From: Eledone cirrhosa
Lineage: Eukaryota
NCBI GenBank assembly: GCA_964016885.1
Contig: OZ024754.1
Coordinates: 44,330,001-44,394,000 of the forward strand
DNA length: 64,000 bases
Reading direction: 5' to 3'
Positions 44,275 through 57,867 of this stretch are shown piece after piece (positions within the stretch are counted from its first letter, which is position 1; every line of letters begins with the position of its first letter). The notes below the pieces were generated by a model that made no database searches, was not told where the DNA came from, and saw nothing but the letters and a program-made list of their open reading frames with translations. The translations under genes and the position numbers were made by a program.

Positions 44275-44975
44275 TATAGTATATATACTGTAGAGTATAT
44301 ATACTATAGAGTATATATACTATAGAGTATATATACTGTAGAGTATATATACTATAGAGTATATGTAGAGTATATATACTGTAGAGTATATATACTGTAG
44401 AGTATATATACTCTATAGTATATATACTGTAGAGTATATATACTATAGAGTATATATACTGTACAGTATATATACTATATAGTATATATACTATAGAGTA
44501 TATATACTATAGAGTATATATACTGTACAGTATATATACTATATAGTATATATACTGTACAGTATATGTACTATAGAGTATATATACTATATAGTATATA
44601 TACTATATAGTATATATATTGTACAGTATATATACTGTAGAGTATATATACTATAGAGTATATATACTGTACAGTATATATACTATATAGTATATATACT
44701 ATAGAGTATATATACTATAGAGTATATATACTGTACAGTATATATACTATATAGTATATATACTGTACAGTATATGTACTATAGAGTATATATACTGTAC
44801 AGTATATATATTGTACAGTATATATACTGTACAGTATATATACTGTACAGTATATATATTGTACAGTATATATACTCTATAGTATATATACTCTATAGTA
44901 TATGTACTGTACAGTATATATACTATAGAGTATATATACTGTAGAGTATATATACTCTATAGTATATGTACTGTA
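44275..44975. repeat. 18-bp self-complementary minisatellite
   Basis: Variants of the unit TATATACTGTACAGTATA. Confidence 0.9.
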
Positions 44976-45220
44976 AATCCCAAAACTGTAACGGAAGCTC
45001 TGAAATAGTAGAGAAGGAGTCCAGTTTGCTCTATTTAATTTATTTCACGCCGTACACCGATGGTTTTTAAATAACTTTGAAAAAAACTTAACATTGACTT
45101 AAATTCTCTGATAAGATATTGCCCATGAGCTTTCTACTGATAAGATAGAAGATGAACGCATCTCTACGGATGACGTTAAAGAAGAAATAGTTTAAAAAAA
45201 AAAAAAAAATGAAGCAAACA

Positions 45221-45256
<36 letters not shown>

Positions 45257-45499
45257 AAAGTTCTATTTAAATTGTTGGGATACAAGAAGCAAATATTTTT
45301 ATAACTGATATAAAACACTCAACAAGTATTTGGAGTAAACATACGATATTAACAAATGGAAACTATATTTATAAAACTATATTTATTTTATTATACATAT
45401 TTCAAGGACACCACGTTAAATTATGGTATGCTTTCATCAGACAAAATACAATATAGATCAGTTTTATAAATAAATATTGACATACCGTTAAAAAATGTA

Positions 45500-45596
<97 letters not shown>

Positions 45597-45970
45597 AAGT
45601 TTCAATGTTATACAGTGTAGATTAACATAGAAAAGTCCTTATCAAATATGTTTGACTCAATACTAAACTTTAACCCTTTGCTTTACAAAAAACATTTTTT
45701 TCGACCGCCGTAAATGAAAAAAAAAGAAAAGGTGAACTATTGGGGAAAGATGACATGGCTGGGGAACTAGACAAATGATATTGTGGGTGTATGAATGTGT
45801 GGGAAGGCTTTATGGTTAGAGAGAGAGAGGGGGAGAGGGGGTACAGAGAGACAGAGGGAGAGCGAGAGAGAGACAGAGAGAGCATTGCGTTACGAATTTA
45901 ATTTAGGTTCAATCTCAAATGCAGTTTTAATATTTTGGTATATTCTTCCTCTAAACCTTTGTCTTTGTAG

Positions 45971-46274
45971 ACATCGGAACCTTCTTCAGATGCCAATATA
46001 TCTATGGACACCCTTCGCAGCCAGCCTTCCCCACCACCGTATTTGTCACCACCACCGACGCTGCCTCGACATACGGGTGGCGCTGGAGAGCAGTTCGATA
46101 GACGAGACCTGGTACCTTCATCGCAAGCCTTGATTGACAATTCCTACAGTGATCTAAAGAAACATCATCGTTTGAACCAGGCCATCGACCAACAGGGTGC
46201 CGACCTCAAAGACCAAGTATGTGACATGTGCCGCAAACCAGGAGAAAGTGTGAGTTATGAACAGTTACTGCAAG
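45971..46274 (+). CDS. Internal exon, uncharacterized GRAM/PH-like domain protein (TSEPSSD...PSPPPYL...VCDMCRKP...EQLLQ)
   Basis: Acceptor ctttgtag|ACA and donor CAAG|gtgggt. 304 nt open, phase 0 to 1, joins the next exon in frame. Confidence 0.85.
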
Positions 46275-46771
46275 GTGGGTGACATTTCTTTTACTGTTTT
46301 AGGGGAACGGCTGCGGCGGAGGGGCTTCCCTTTACATTGCCTACATCTGATTTAGGCACATGACCAACAAATTTGGGGGAGGGGAAAGTCGATTACATCA
46401 ACCCCAGTGCGTGACTGGTACTTTATTTTATCGACCCTGAGGCACAGCTAACCTCGGCGAGATTTGAGCTCAGAGTGTAAAGGGCCGTAGCTTTATGTCA
46501 CAAAAAATGTTGTCTGACGCTCTACCAATTCTGCCAATCCACGACCCTACGTTGTAGTAATAATGGTTCGTAATTTAATCAGAAGGCCAACAGTTTTGAT
46601 CAGGGGAAAATCGATTATATTGATTGTATTGATCCCCAGTACTTTATTGGTACTTTATTTATCGACCTTTATTTTACGTTCTTAGTTGCCATCAACCCGA
46701 TGTGAACTTTGCTTTTCATGCTTCAAGCAAACTATAACATTTTCTTATCATTATATTTTCTTCCATTACAG

Positions 46772-46942
46772 GAATGCTTGTGGAAGGTGAACGTCTACTA
46801 CTGACCGGGAACTGGTTATATTTCACCAATGTTGAGTTTTTAGATAGCAGTGGCGGCAAAACTGTGGCCCAACCCCTTGGAAATGGAAGAGCCTGTCTCA
46901 CGAGTCGAGCACTCCTACTTCTCTGTGCTGAAGGAACGTTGA
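46772..46942 (+). CDS. Internal exon (GMLVEGERLLLTGNWLYF...GRACLTSRALLLLCAEGTL), N-terminal part of the GRAM/PH-like domain
   Basis: Acceptor ttccattacag|GA and donor TTGA|gtaagt. 171 nt open, phase 1 to 1. Missed by the ORF track. Confidence 0.9.
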
Positions 46943-47490
46943 GTAAGTAGTTCTACCAATGTTAGAACCTAGGTGAATTACTAGGACTAATAGAGTTCTA
47001 TAGGGAATGTTGTTTAAGTAGTTCTACCAATGTTAGAACACAGGTGAATTACTAGGACTAATAGAGTTCTATAGAGAACGTTGTGTAAGTAGTTCTACCA
47101 ATGTTAGAACACAGGTGAATTACTAGGACTAATAGAGTTCTATAGAGAACGTTGTGTAAGTAGTTCTACCAATGTTAGAACACAGGTGAATTAGTAGGAC
47201 TAATAGAGTTCTATAGAGAACGTTGTGTAAGTAGTTCTACCAATGTTAGAACACAGGTGAATTAGTAGGACTAAAGTATGATGTAGAGAACGTTGTGTAA
47301 GTAGTTCTACCAATGTTAAAACACAGGTGAATTAGTAGGACTAAAGTATGATGTAGAGAACGTTGTGTAAGTAGTTCTACCAATGTTAAAACACAGGTGA
47401 ATTAGTAGGACTAAAGTATGATGTAGAGAACGTTGTGTAAGTAGTTCTACCAATGTTAGAACACGGGTGAAAGAGCGGGACTAATAGTAG
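46934..47490 (+). repeat. 70-71-bp minisatellite built from the exon-intron junction (~8 copies)
   Basis: TAAGTAGTTCTACCAATG at 46944, 47015, 47086, 47157, 47228, 47298, 47368 and 47438. Confidence 0.92.
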
Positions 47491-48083
47491 AGACATTAGG
47501 TGGTATTAAGTAGAAGGGAGAGTGTAGAAGATCGTGTGAGAGATAGGCAACGAGTGGGGGGTTGTTGTACATCTACTAATAAACGTGGATCAATCTTGAA
47601 TTAATGCAGATATTAGATTACAATAGATTCTGTGTGGATTGAGGAAATGGCGAACATTTCCGGCTACTGAGCATATATCCTGTTGAGTATTTCGAGTGAT
47701 GAAGTATTCTGAGATGATTACCTTGAGACGATAAACCTTTCGAATTAATCAGACGTTTAAAGTGTGGACTACATCGAGATTTTGAGTTTTTCGTGGTGAC
47801 GAGTATTCCTTGGTGTCGGGTATTTCATAGTGGTGGGTATTTCGAGGTTATGGGTATTTTATCGTGACGGGTACCATCGGGTGAGGAATATTTTGAAGTA
47901 TGACCTTGAACCTATTTTACAATATTTAAACTGATTCTAGTATTGCCTTGAATGAATCTTGAATGCTTATATATAAATATATAGCCGAAGATGACAATTA
48001 CAAATATGGCTGCAGTATAGATATTTGGACTTTGAAGGAAGGCGGTACCCCAGGATAGCCACTGTCCAGTGACTGGAATATAT

Positions 48084-48345
48084 CATCATCCGACTCAACA
48101 ATTGATCTCCACGTGGGTCTGTCGTTCATTGCCGTTGCCAAATCCTGGATTTCAATACCAGAATCTCTGGAGATGACATCGGGGTAGGAGAGCTTGTAGC
48201 CCCTGTTATTAGTGACTGCTTGTGGTTTCCAAAGCACTAGTAGGGACACAGCCTCAGAGGTGGCACGATGGCAGTGGCCAGCAAATCTTACTCTCCTTTT
48301 ACGTACAACGACAGATATGCGTGGGAGGCCGACATATAATTTCTC
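48084..48345 (-). mobile_element. RTE-clade LINE 3' fragment
   Basis: Minus-strand translation KRRVRFAGHCHRA...LVLWKP...SYPDVISRDSG...AMNDRPTWRSIV, ending in a (GAT)n tail. Confidence 0.8.
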
Positions 48346-48706
48346 TCAAAAGTCAGACGTCGCCAGCTTATGTTCTGAATACGTCGAAGTAGGCATAGAT
48401 GGAATATATTATAGAATTATATTTTGAATCATATAAAATGTATATTTATTATGTTAACTGGGGAACTTTCGTAACCCATTCTACATTCCATTGGAAGAAT
48501 TCCAAAGAGAGGTACTCACCATTTCTTCCGCAACAAATTAGGGGTACAAAAATCTCATTTTAATGTTTAAATAACTAAATTCTTTCAGGTCTGAATATTT
48601 CCCCCTCCTTTTTCTCTTCTTTCCTCATTTTTTTTTGTCTAAAATGTTCATGTGTCATTTCTTAGTCATTCCACACAGCTTCCCCGCCCACTTTAACCGC
48701 CCCGCT

Positions 48707-48740
<34 letters not shown>

Positions 48741-48762
48741 CTATCTATCCATCCATCCATCC

Positions 48763-48820
<58 letters not shown>

Positions 48821-48822
48821 AC

Positions 48823-49328
48823 CACTTTAGAAGGAGAATCAGAGTGGAGAGAGAGGCACTGCACCCCAGTAAATTTACTGAAAGGTGGGTGAACGAAGCG
48901 AGAATGGCCCGGGTGATTGGGCCTTCTCTGTATATAAGCCTGTAGGTTGAAGAAGAGAGCAAAAGGAAGAAAGGAGCACTTGCACAACACGCTCCTGAAG
49001 TTGAGGGTCGTTCTATCGACGGGGTATTAAACAACCCATTTGTGGAGCTTCCCGCCTATTGGGGATTTCGATTGTTATAATTGTTTGTTTTATATTTTTT
49101 TACATGATTGTATGTAAAATCCCCGGCATGTGTCTTTGTATTGCCCCTTTTTCTTGTGCGCCCTTGTGGCAAATAAAGAAATATATCTATCTATCTATTT
49201 CGCCTCCCCGCTATTGGGGATTTCGATTGTTAGATTTTCATGTTAAAACTTTTTTACACGACTGTATGTAAAATCCATGTCTTTTTGTATTGACCCTTTT
49301 CTTGTGCGCCCTTGTGGCAAATAAAGAA

Positions 49329-49380
<52 letters not shown>

Positions 49381-49685
49381 ATCTATCTACATCAGACTAT
49401 AGGTGAGGAAGATGAAAGACCAAGGGAGCACCCCTTCTCTGTGCTCCTGAGGAGAAGGGTTGCACACTTTTTTCGGGGGTGTGTGCGACCCCCCAAGGCG
49501 CCTCCTCTCTATTGAGGATTTTGTTAAAAATTTTATTTTTTGTTATATCTTATTTTATTTTTATATTTTGTTATTGCCTCCTCCTTATTGAGGACGCCTT
49601 TTTGTGTAAACTCCCCCCTTTGTACTTGTCCCACTTTTGATGCCCTAGTGGCAAATAAAAGAAATATATCTATATATCTATCTAT
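48823..49685 (+). mobile_element. Stack of three 5'-truncated LINE 3' ends (Tx1/L1-like) separated by (TCTA)n
   Basis: ORF end HFRRRIRVEREALHPSKFTERWVNEARMARVIGPSLYISL* (48823-48945). Each unit ends GCCCTWGTGGCAAATAAA...(TATC)n. A fourth tail lies at ~51425-51560. Clade assignment is from recall. Confidence 0.6.
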
Positions 49686-49777
49686 CATACACACACATCC
49701 CACAAACACACATATATATATCCATACACACTACCATCTCTCTCTGATGTCGTCCTTACTATATCTTCCTCTCCCAG

Positions 49778-49995
49778 ATTCTACAGTGAAGAAGGTAAAA
49801 GAAGAGGTACCGGACCCTAAAAAGCAGCGTCCATCGTTTCATTTGGATGTGAGGAAATATGAACAAATCTATTATCGTAGTGTCCCGTTGACCTGTGTCC
49901 GGAGTGTTGAACTGAACGTAGTAACGGGGACTTCGGCCGAAACAACACTCACAATGAGAGAAGCCCTCTGTTGCGGGCTCTGTCGCTGTTTTGGG
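49778..49995 (+). CDS. Internal exon (NSTVKKVKEE...YYRSVPLTCVRSVEL...ALCCGLCRCFG)
   Basis: Acceptor cttcctctcccag|AT and donor GGG|gtgagt. 218 nt open, phase 1 to 0. Confidence 0.9.
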
Positions 49996-50668
49996 GTGAG
50001 TTTTTCACTACTTCTATATATATATGTATGTATGTATGTGTATATGTATGTATGTTTGTATGTATGTCAGAGTTTTATTGTCAAAGAGTTTCTAACACAT
50101 TTTCTTTCCCCCCTCTCTCTCTCTCCCTCACTTACTCTCCCCCTCTCTCCCTCTCTCCCCTCTCCCTCCCACTCACTCTCTCTCTTTCTAGCACTCTCTC
50201 GCCTTCTCTTTCCCACTTTCTCCCCTTCACTCTCTTCCCCCCCTCAATCCCCCCTCCCTGTCTCCCTCACACACACACCTACATATAAATACCCACCCAC
50301 CCAGCACCAGTGTTGTACACACCTCCATCTGTTTTTTTATCAGTCGTCGACCTTGTAAAGCAAACGTCCTTCACCTTACCAAACACCGTTTATCTCTTGT
50401 CTGGTAATAATCATCGTTTCCTGGAATTTTCTATTATCGTCTCACGAGACATCATCTGTCAACTAGATCTGTTATCTTATTTCATCGTTTCTTAACTAAT
50501 GGAATTGTGTCGTCTAATAATTGTTTCTACTTTTGGCACAACGCCAACAAAATACCCAGTACATTACTGGTACTTTATTTTATCGACCCCGTAAGGATGA
50601 AAGGCAAAGTTAACCTCGGTGGGATTTGAACTCAGACCGTAGAAGACCACAACTGTATGCTGAAAAGC

Positions 50669-50721
<53 letters not shown>

Positions 50722-50890
50722 CAAGAAGAAGAAGAAGAAGAAGAAGAAGAAGAAGAAGAAGAAGAAGAATCAGGGGTTGTGTAGTTGCTGGATGAGGTGT
50801 ACTTATAAATAAGAGGAAAGCATGAACGAGAGGAAACTTTCCTTCATCAGTTGTCTGCTGGCGTCCTGGACATTTCTACGCATTTAACAT

Positions 50891-51087
50891 AACAAAGGAA
50901 GTGTGGTGAGGAACCAGGTGGACCATAACACACCAGAGTACTCAATACTTAGAGTAGTAGAGTGGGTAATAGGAAAAGAGTCAGGACCACCGACGGCTGA
51001 GCTCCGACCGTTTCGACAACTTGATCCGAACTGATCTAGTTGTCGAAAAGGCCGGAGCTCAGCCGTCGGGGTCCTGACTCTTTTCGT
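50891..51087 (-). mobile_element. Penelope-like fragment, family B, fold-back
   Basis: Homologous to the 9418 copy, with the inversion centred in stem II. Confidence 0.55.
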
Positions 51088-51596
51088 ATATATATATATA
51101 TATATATATTATGTGTGTATGCGTGTATATGTGTGTATGTGTGTAAGTGAGTGTGTGTGAATGTCTGTGTATGTATGTAATCTTCTGTTTTCCTTTCCCC
51201 TGTTCTATCTCTCACATCACCCTCTTATCTAGCCCAATATGTCCTTCACCTATATTTTCTTATATCTTTGCCGTTTCCTGGAATTCCTTCATTATCTAAT
51301 GTCCCCCCTCCCTCTCTCTCTCTCACACACACACATCCATTCCTCTCTTCCCTTTCACTCTCTCCCCACCACTATCTCACTTTATATCACTCTCTATCTA
51401 TCTATCTATCTATCTATCTATCGACTAATTTTTTAAATTGCATTTGTGATAACATTTTACACGTTTTTATTGTATGTAAACTTCCCCCTTTGTATTTGTC
51501 CCCTTCTTTTGTGCCCCTGTGGCTAATAAAGAAACATATCTATCTATCTATCCATCTATCTCTCTATCTCTCTCTCTCTGTATATATAAAAAACAC

Positions 51597-51672
<76 letters not shown>

Positions 51673-51734
51673 GTACTATCACCCATGCTACAATAACCAT
51701 TACCACCTAAACTATAGACGGGAACGGTCTAATC

Positions 51735-52150
51735 TAGAAGTTCTCAATCTTTTGGGGCCACTACCCCCCCCCCCCCCCCCACCCTATTTTCAGACAGACC
51801 TACCTACACACAAACTGTAAATAATATATAATAAATAAAATCGTTAATTTATATATAATTGTTTCTACTATTGGCACAAGGCGAGCAATTACCCCAGTGT
51901 ATTACTGGTACTTTATTTTATCGACCCCGTAAGGATGAAAGGCAAAGTTAACCTCGGCGGGATTTGAACTCAGAATAAATAAATATTATATATTTTATAT
52001 TTTACTATATTTATATATAATATGTATCATTTGATATTTAATATACTTTTATATCATCTCTATATCTCCCCCCACCCTTAGGCCCCAGTGCCCTCTGGAC
52101 CTTCTCAATGTCCCCCGTGGGGCGGTAGAGCCCTACTTTGAGAACTTCTG
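51735..52150 (+). mobile_element. Same hAT MITE family, carrying a nested SINE fragment (~51857-51974)
   Basis: TIRs TAGAAGTTCTCAA / TTGAGAACTTCTG, with TSD GTCTAATC on both sides. Confidence 0.85.
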
Positions 52151-52493
52151 GTCTAATCCATTGATCTTAGTAATAGCAGACAAACTCCCTTCATACTACA
52201 CCACAACTATATCAACAAAAGAAGGTCACATTGGATAATAAGTGTTGGATGTTTGTAGATAACTGGGGGGGGGTAGGATTGTTGTGAAGATAGTGTTGTA
52301 TAGTTGGGGGGAGGGGTTTTGGCAGATATAACAACAACAGCAAACATGCAGCATAGAGTTACGGCCCTTTACAGTCTGAGTTCAAATCCCGCCGAGGTCA
52401 ACTTTGCCTTTCATCCTTACGGGGTCGATAAAATAAAGTACCAGTGATACACTGGGTAATTGCTGGCCTTGTGCCAATAGTAGAAACAATTAT

Positions 52494-52624
52494 TACTGTT
52501 GTTGTTACTGCTACTACTGCCACTGCTACTACTACTGCTACTACTACTGCTACTACTACTGCTACTACTATTACTGTTACTACTACTACTGCCACTATTG
52601 CTACTACTACTGCTACTACCACCG

Positions 52625-52658
<34 letters not shown>

Positions 52659-52834
52659 CACTACTACTACTACCACCACCACTACAACTACTACTACCAC
52701 TACCACTACCACTACCACTACTACTACTACCACTACTACTACCACTACTACTACTGCTACTACTACTACTACAATCACTACTACTACTACTACTACTACT
52801 ACCACTACTACTACTACCACTACTATCACTACTA

Positions 52835-52868
<34 letters not shown>

Positions 52869-52987
52869 CACTACCACTACCACTACTACTACCACTACTA
52901 CTACCACTACCACTACCACTACTACCACTACTACTACCACTACTACTACCACTACCACTACCACTACTACCACCACTACTACTACCA

Positions 52988-53027
<40 letters not shown>

Positions 53028-53104
53028 CACTACCACTACCACTACTACTACTACCACTACCACTACCACTACTACTACTACTACTACTACCACTACTACC
53101 ACCA

Positions 53105-53144
<40 letters not shown>

Positions 53145-53289
53145 CACTACCACTACTACTACTACTACCACTACTACTACTACCACTACTACTACTACCA
53201 CTACTACCACCACTACCACTACTACTACTACTACCACTACTACCACTACCACTACCACTACTACTACTACTACTACTACCACTACTACC

Positions 53290-53354
<65 letters not shown>

Positions 53355-53506
53355 CACTACTACTACTACCACTACTACCACCACTACCACTACTACTACT
53401 ACTACCACTACTACCACTACCACCACCACTACTACTACTACCACTACTACCACCACTACCACTACTACTACTACTACAACTACTACTACTACTACCACTA
53501 CTACTA

Positions 53507-53558
<52 letters not shown>

Positions 53559-53568
53559 CACTACTACC

Positions 53569-53603
<35 letters not shown>

Positions 53604-53611
53604 CACTACTA

Positions 53612-53678
<67 letters not shown>

Positions 53679-53688
53679 CACTACTACC

Positions 53689-53756
<68 letters not shown>

Positions 53757-53908
53757 CACTACTACTACTACCACTACTACCACCACTACCACTACTACTA
53801 CTACTACCACTACTACCACTACCACCACCACTACTACTACTACCACTACTACCACCACTACCACTACTACTACTACTACAACTACTACTACTACTACCAC
53901 TACTACTA

Positions 53909-53954
<46 letters not shown>

Positions 53955-53964
53955 CACTACTACC

Positions 53965-53999
<35 letters not shown>

Positions 54000-54007
54000 C
54001 ACTACTA

Positions 54008-54080
<73 letters not shown>

Positions 54081-54090
54081 CACTACTACC

Positions 54091-54131
<41 letters not shown>

Positions 54132-54141
54132 CACTACTACC

Positions 54142-54194
<53 letters not shown>

Positions 54195-54270
54195 CACTAC
54201 TACTACTACCACTACCACTACTACCACTACCACTACCACTACTACTACTACTACTACTACCACTACTACC

Positions 54271-54341
<71 letters not shown>

Positions 54342-54351
54342 CACTACTACC

Positions 54352-54383
<32 letters not shown>

Positions 54384-54423
54384 CACTACCACCACTACTA
54401 CCACTACCACTACTACTACTACC

Positions 54424-54461
<38 letters not shown>

Positions 54462-54579
54462 CACTACCACTACCACTACTACCACTACTACTACCACCAC
54501 CACTACAACTACTACTACCACTACTACCACTACCACTACCACTACCACCACTACTACTACCACCACTACTACTACTACT
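52494..54579. repeat. 2.1-kb (ACT/ACC)n trinucleotide array
   Basis: Visible directly; it produces the spurious 700-aa ORFs. Confidence 0.95.
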
Positions 54580-54900
54580 GTACACCCCAGCCTTTATCAA
54601 AAGCCTATGTTAAGTCGTATAGTGTTGTAAGACAGTATCGTGTGTCAGACTTAAGATCTTCATCTATTTCAGGGTACAATATAGTGTTATCTGTAGCTAT
54701 GGTCTGGTAGAGGGTGGTACTGGGGGTGGGGGACGGGTAGAGGTCGGGTGGGGGACGGGTAGAGGTCGGGTGGGGGACGGGTAGGATGGAGGTTGTAATA
54801 GGGGCTTTAACAGAGTTGCAGCAGCATTGAAACGGGGTCACCTACAACTCACATAATTACACACACCCACAAATATATATATATATATTATGTATGTATG

Positions 54901-54960
<60 letters not shown>

Positions 54961-54969
54961 GTATGTATG

Positions 54970-55103
<134 letters not shown>

Positions 55104-55116
55104 CATATATATATAC

Positions 55117-55260
<144 letters not shown>

Positions 55261-55830
55261 ATTATATATATATATGTATATATATATATACATATGTGTG
55301 TGTAATTATTTTAAAGTTTTGTAGTGACATTTTAATGTCAGCTATATTTTTCCATCACAAATATAATCATATACACACACGTACACACACACACACACAC
55401 ATACATACGCACTCACCCACACACATACATACACACTCACACACACACGTTCACATACACACATACACACATGCACATATATATATATATACATACAAAC
55501 TTAAATGATTTCTACACTCGCTTAAACACACGTCTGTGCATGTGCGTGTATGCAAATGCGTGTGTGTATATGCATGTGTGTGTGTGTGTATGTATGTGTA
55601 TGTGTGTATGTGCACTCGTGTGTGTATGTGTTTGTGTGTGTGCAAGTGTGTTGTGTTTGTATTGCAGAGTAATTGGTTAAAAAGAATAAAATTCTAAAGT
55701 AATTTGTAAGTTTTGGTGAAAGTCAATTAGTTCTGATCAACTCTTAAGTCAGTATGAGACGGCGTCTGGTACAAACTCTTATACAGCTCTGTAGAGGTCG
55801 GCAGTCTTAAAGTTCGGGTTATATAAGAAA

Positions 55831-56560
55831 TGGTATGGTGTGGTGTGGTGTGGTGTGGTGTGGTGTGGTGTGGTGTGGTGTGGTGTGGTGTGGTGTGGTG
55901 TGGTATGGTGTGGTATGGTGTGGTGTGGTGTGGTAGGGAAGGGTATGGTGTAGTATGGTGTGGTATGGTGTGGTGTGGTCTGGTGTGGTGTGGTATGGTG
56001 TGGTGTGGTATGGTGTGGTGTGGTGTGGTATGGTATGGTGTGGTGTGGTGTGGTAGGGAAGGGTATGGTGTAGTATGGTGTGGTATGGTGTGGTGTGGTC
56101 TGGTGTGGTGTGGTATGGTGTGGTGTGGTATGGTGTGGTGTGGTATGGTATGGTATGGTATGGTATGGTATGGTATGGTATGGTATGGTATGGTGTAGTA
56201 TGGTGTGGTATGGTGTGGTGTGGTGTGGTGTGGTGTGGTCTGGTAGGGAAGGGTATGGTGTAGTATGGTGTGGTCTGGTGTGGTGTGGTATGGTGTGGTG
56301 TGGTATGGTGTGGTGTGGTGTGGTATGGTATGGTGTGGTATGGTATGGTGTGGTGTGGTGTGGTGTGGTGTGGTATGGTATGGTGTGGTGTGGTATGGTA
56401 TGGTGTGGTGTGGTAGGGAAGGGTATGGTGTAGTATGGTGTGGTATGGTGTGGTGTGGTATGGTATGGTATGGTATGGTGTGGTATGGTGTGGTGTGGTG
56501 TGGTGTGGTATGGTATGGTATGGTATGGTGTGGTATGGTATGGTGTGGTCTGGTATGGTG
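55831..56560. repeat. (TGGTG/TGGTA)n pentanucleotide array with higher-order units
   Basis: A GGTAGGGAAGGGTATGGTGTAGTA marker recurs 4 times. Confidence 0.95.
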
Positions 56561-56670
56561 TGAAGTTGTAGGGACGCTGTATTGGCATACGGAGTTTCAT
56601 GGAGTTTCATATATATATAATGCCAATCATTGTAAGTTTGAAGTTTAAGTTTAAGTAGGAGCAATAACAT

Positions 56671-57095
56671 GAAGAAAGACATGAACGACACCGCAACACT
56701 TTGTTTTGAAAATGTTGAAAGTAGGTTTATAAGTATGTATTTTCATTATATTCTTCGTAGTTGTCTCTATGGCCTAGTGGTAGGTACTACAGATGGTGGA
56801 GATTATGGCCTTAGGTTCAATCCTGGTCAGGAGCTACGTGCAGCCTTTTTCAGTTTTTATTTTACAACCAATAGAAAAAAACTGAAAAGGTTTACCGGGA
56901 ACCCTACTCCCGACCAGGATCGAACTTCAGACCAGGATCACCCCCGTCTATGATTCCACCAACTAGGCCACCGAGACAGCTACAAAAGAATACTGAAAAT
57001 TAATAATTATAAACCTACTTTCAAAATCAAAGTTAAAAAGATGTGGTGGCGTTCATGGCTTTCCTAGAGTTATTAGTAATATTTAGGGTCGACTT
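56671..57095. mobile_element. Palindromic element with two convergent tRNA-like Pol III units
   Basis: Imperfect ~200-bp inverted arms, each with an A box, a B box and a T-run. A second, truncated copy lies in opposite orientation at 4253-4540. Confidence 0.65.
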
Positions 57096-57832
57096 CTGGT
57101 CATTATTGAAAGTCTCTGGATTTCGCAAAATACATAATATATCTTATTGGGGAAGGTGAGATATTTTCCCGCAAAAATTTGATTGCATTGTTTTGTTCCC
57201 ACTTAAGTATTTTTCGAAAATGTTATTTATAAAAATTAAATGATAGCATTCTATATGTAGGTGGGCCCCCTTCATCTCCCTTATATATAATTTGAAATGT
57301 AGTCGTTCCAGGGTAAATGACTATAATAACATTAGTGGATGACTATAAATAATAGTTGAGAACATTGGGTAAAATATCTCTGGAGACGTATAATTCAGGC
57401 GAATATTCAAACTCTGCATCTCTCGGAAACCGTCGGGTGACCCGATTCTCTCAACGATTATTTGGCAGACTCTAACAATTGTCGGGGTGTGAAATAAGTT
57501 ATTCGGGTGGCAGAGGGGTACCTAAATTAGTAGGGACACCTGGTTTTCATCACTTGAATCGAAACAATTCCACGAATACCAAAGATTTCTCTTGTCTGTG
57601 TGTCAGTCTGTCTGTCTGGTGAGCTGGCCAGCTAAGCTGGCGGACTGCCTATCTGTTCGTCTGTCTGTATGTCTGTATGTCTGTCTGTGTGTCGGGGGGG
57701 GGGGGGTCTGGTGTGGTCACTGGCTAGTTTAGAGGTTGTTTATTAGGTGAAGGTGCTAATTGTAGTAATGGTGGTGATGGTGGTGATGGTGGTGGTGATG
57801 ATGATGGTGGTGATGGTGCCAATTCCGATGAG

Positions 57833-57867
<35 letters not shown>

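Noticed and set aside
46241-46256. Stronger-looking donor AGT|gtgagt at 46249/46250
   Set aside because: A phase-0 join to 46772 hits a stop after 10 codons, whereas the 46274 donor keeps the frame through three more exons.
52398-54630. 700-aa poly-V/T/L/S-G ORFs (mucin- or silk-like)
   Set aside because: Pure trinucleotide microsatellite open in four frames, starting within a SINE and lying inside an intron.
55779-56691. HHTTP and VVWCG repeat ORFs
   Set aside because: Translation of a pentanucleotide satellite.
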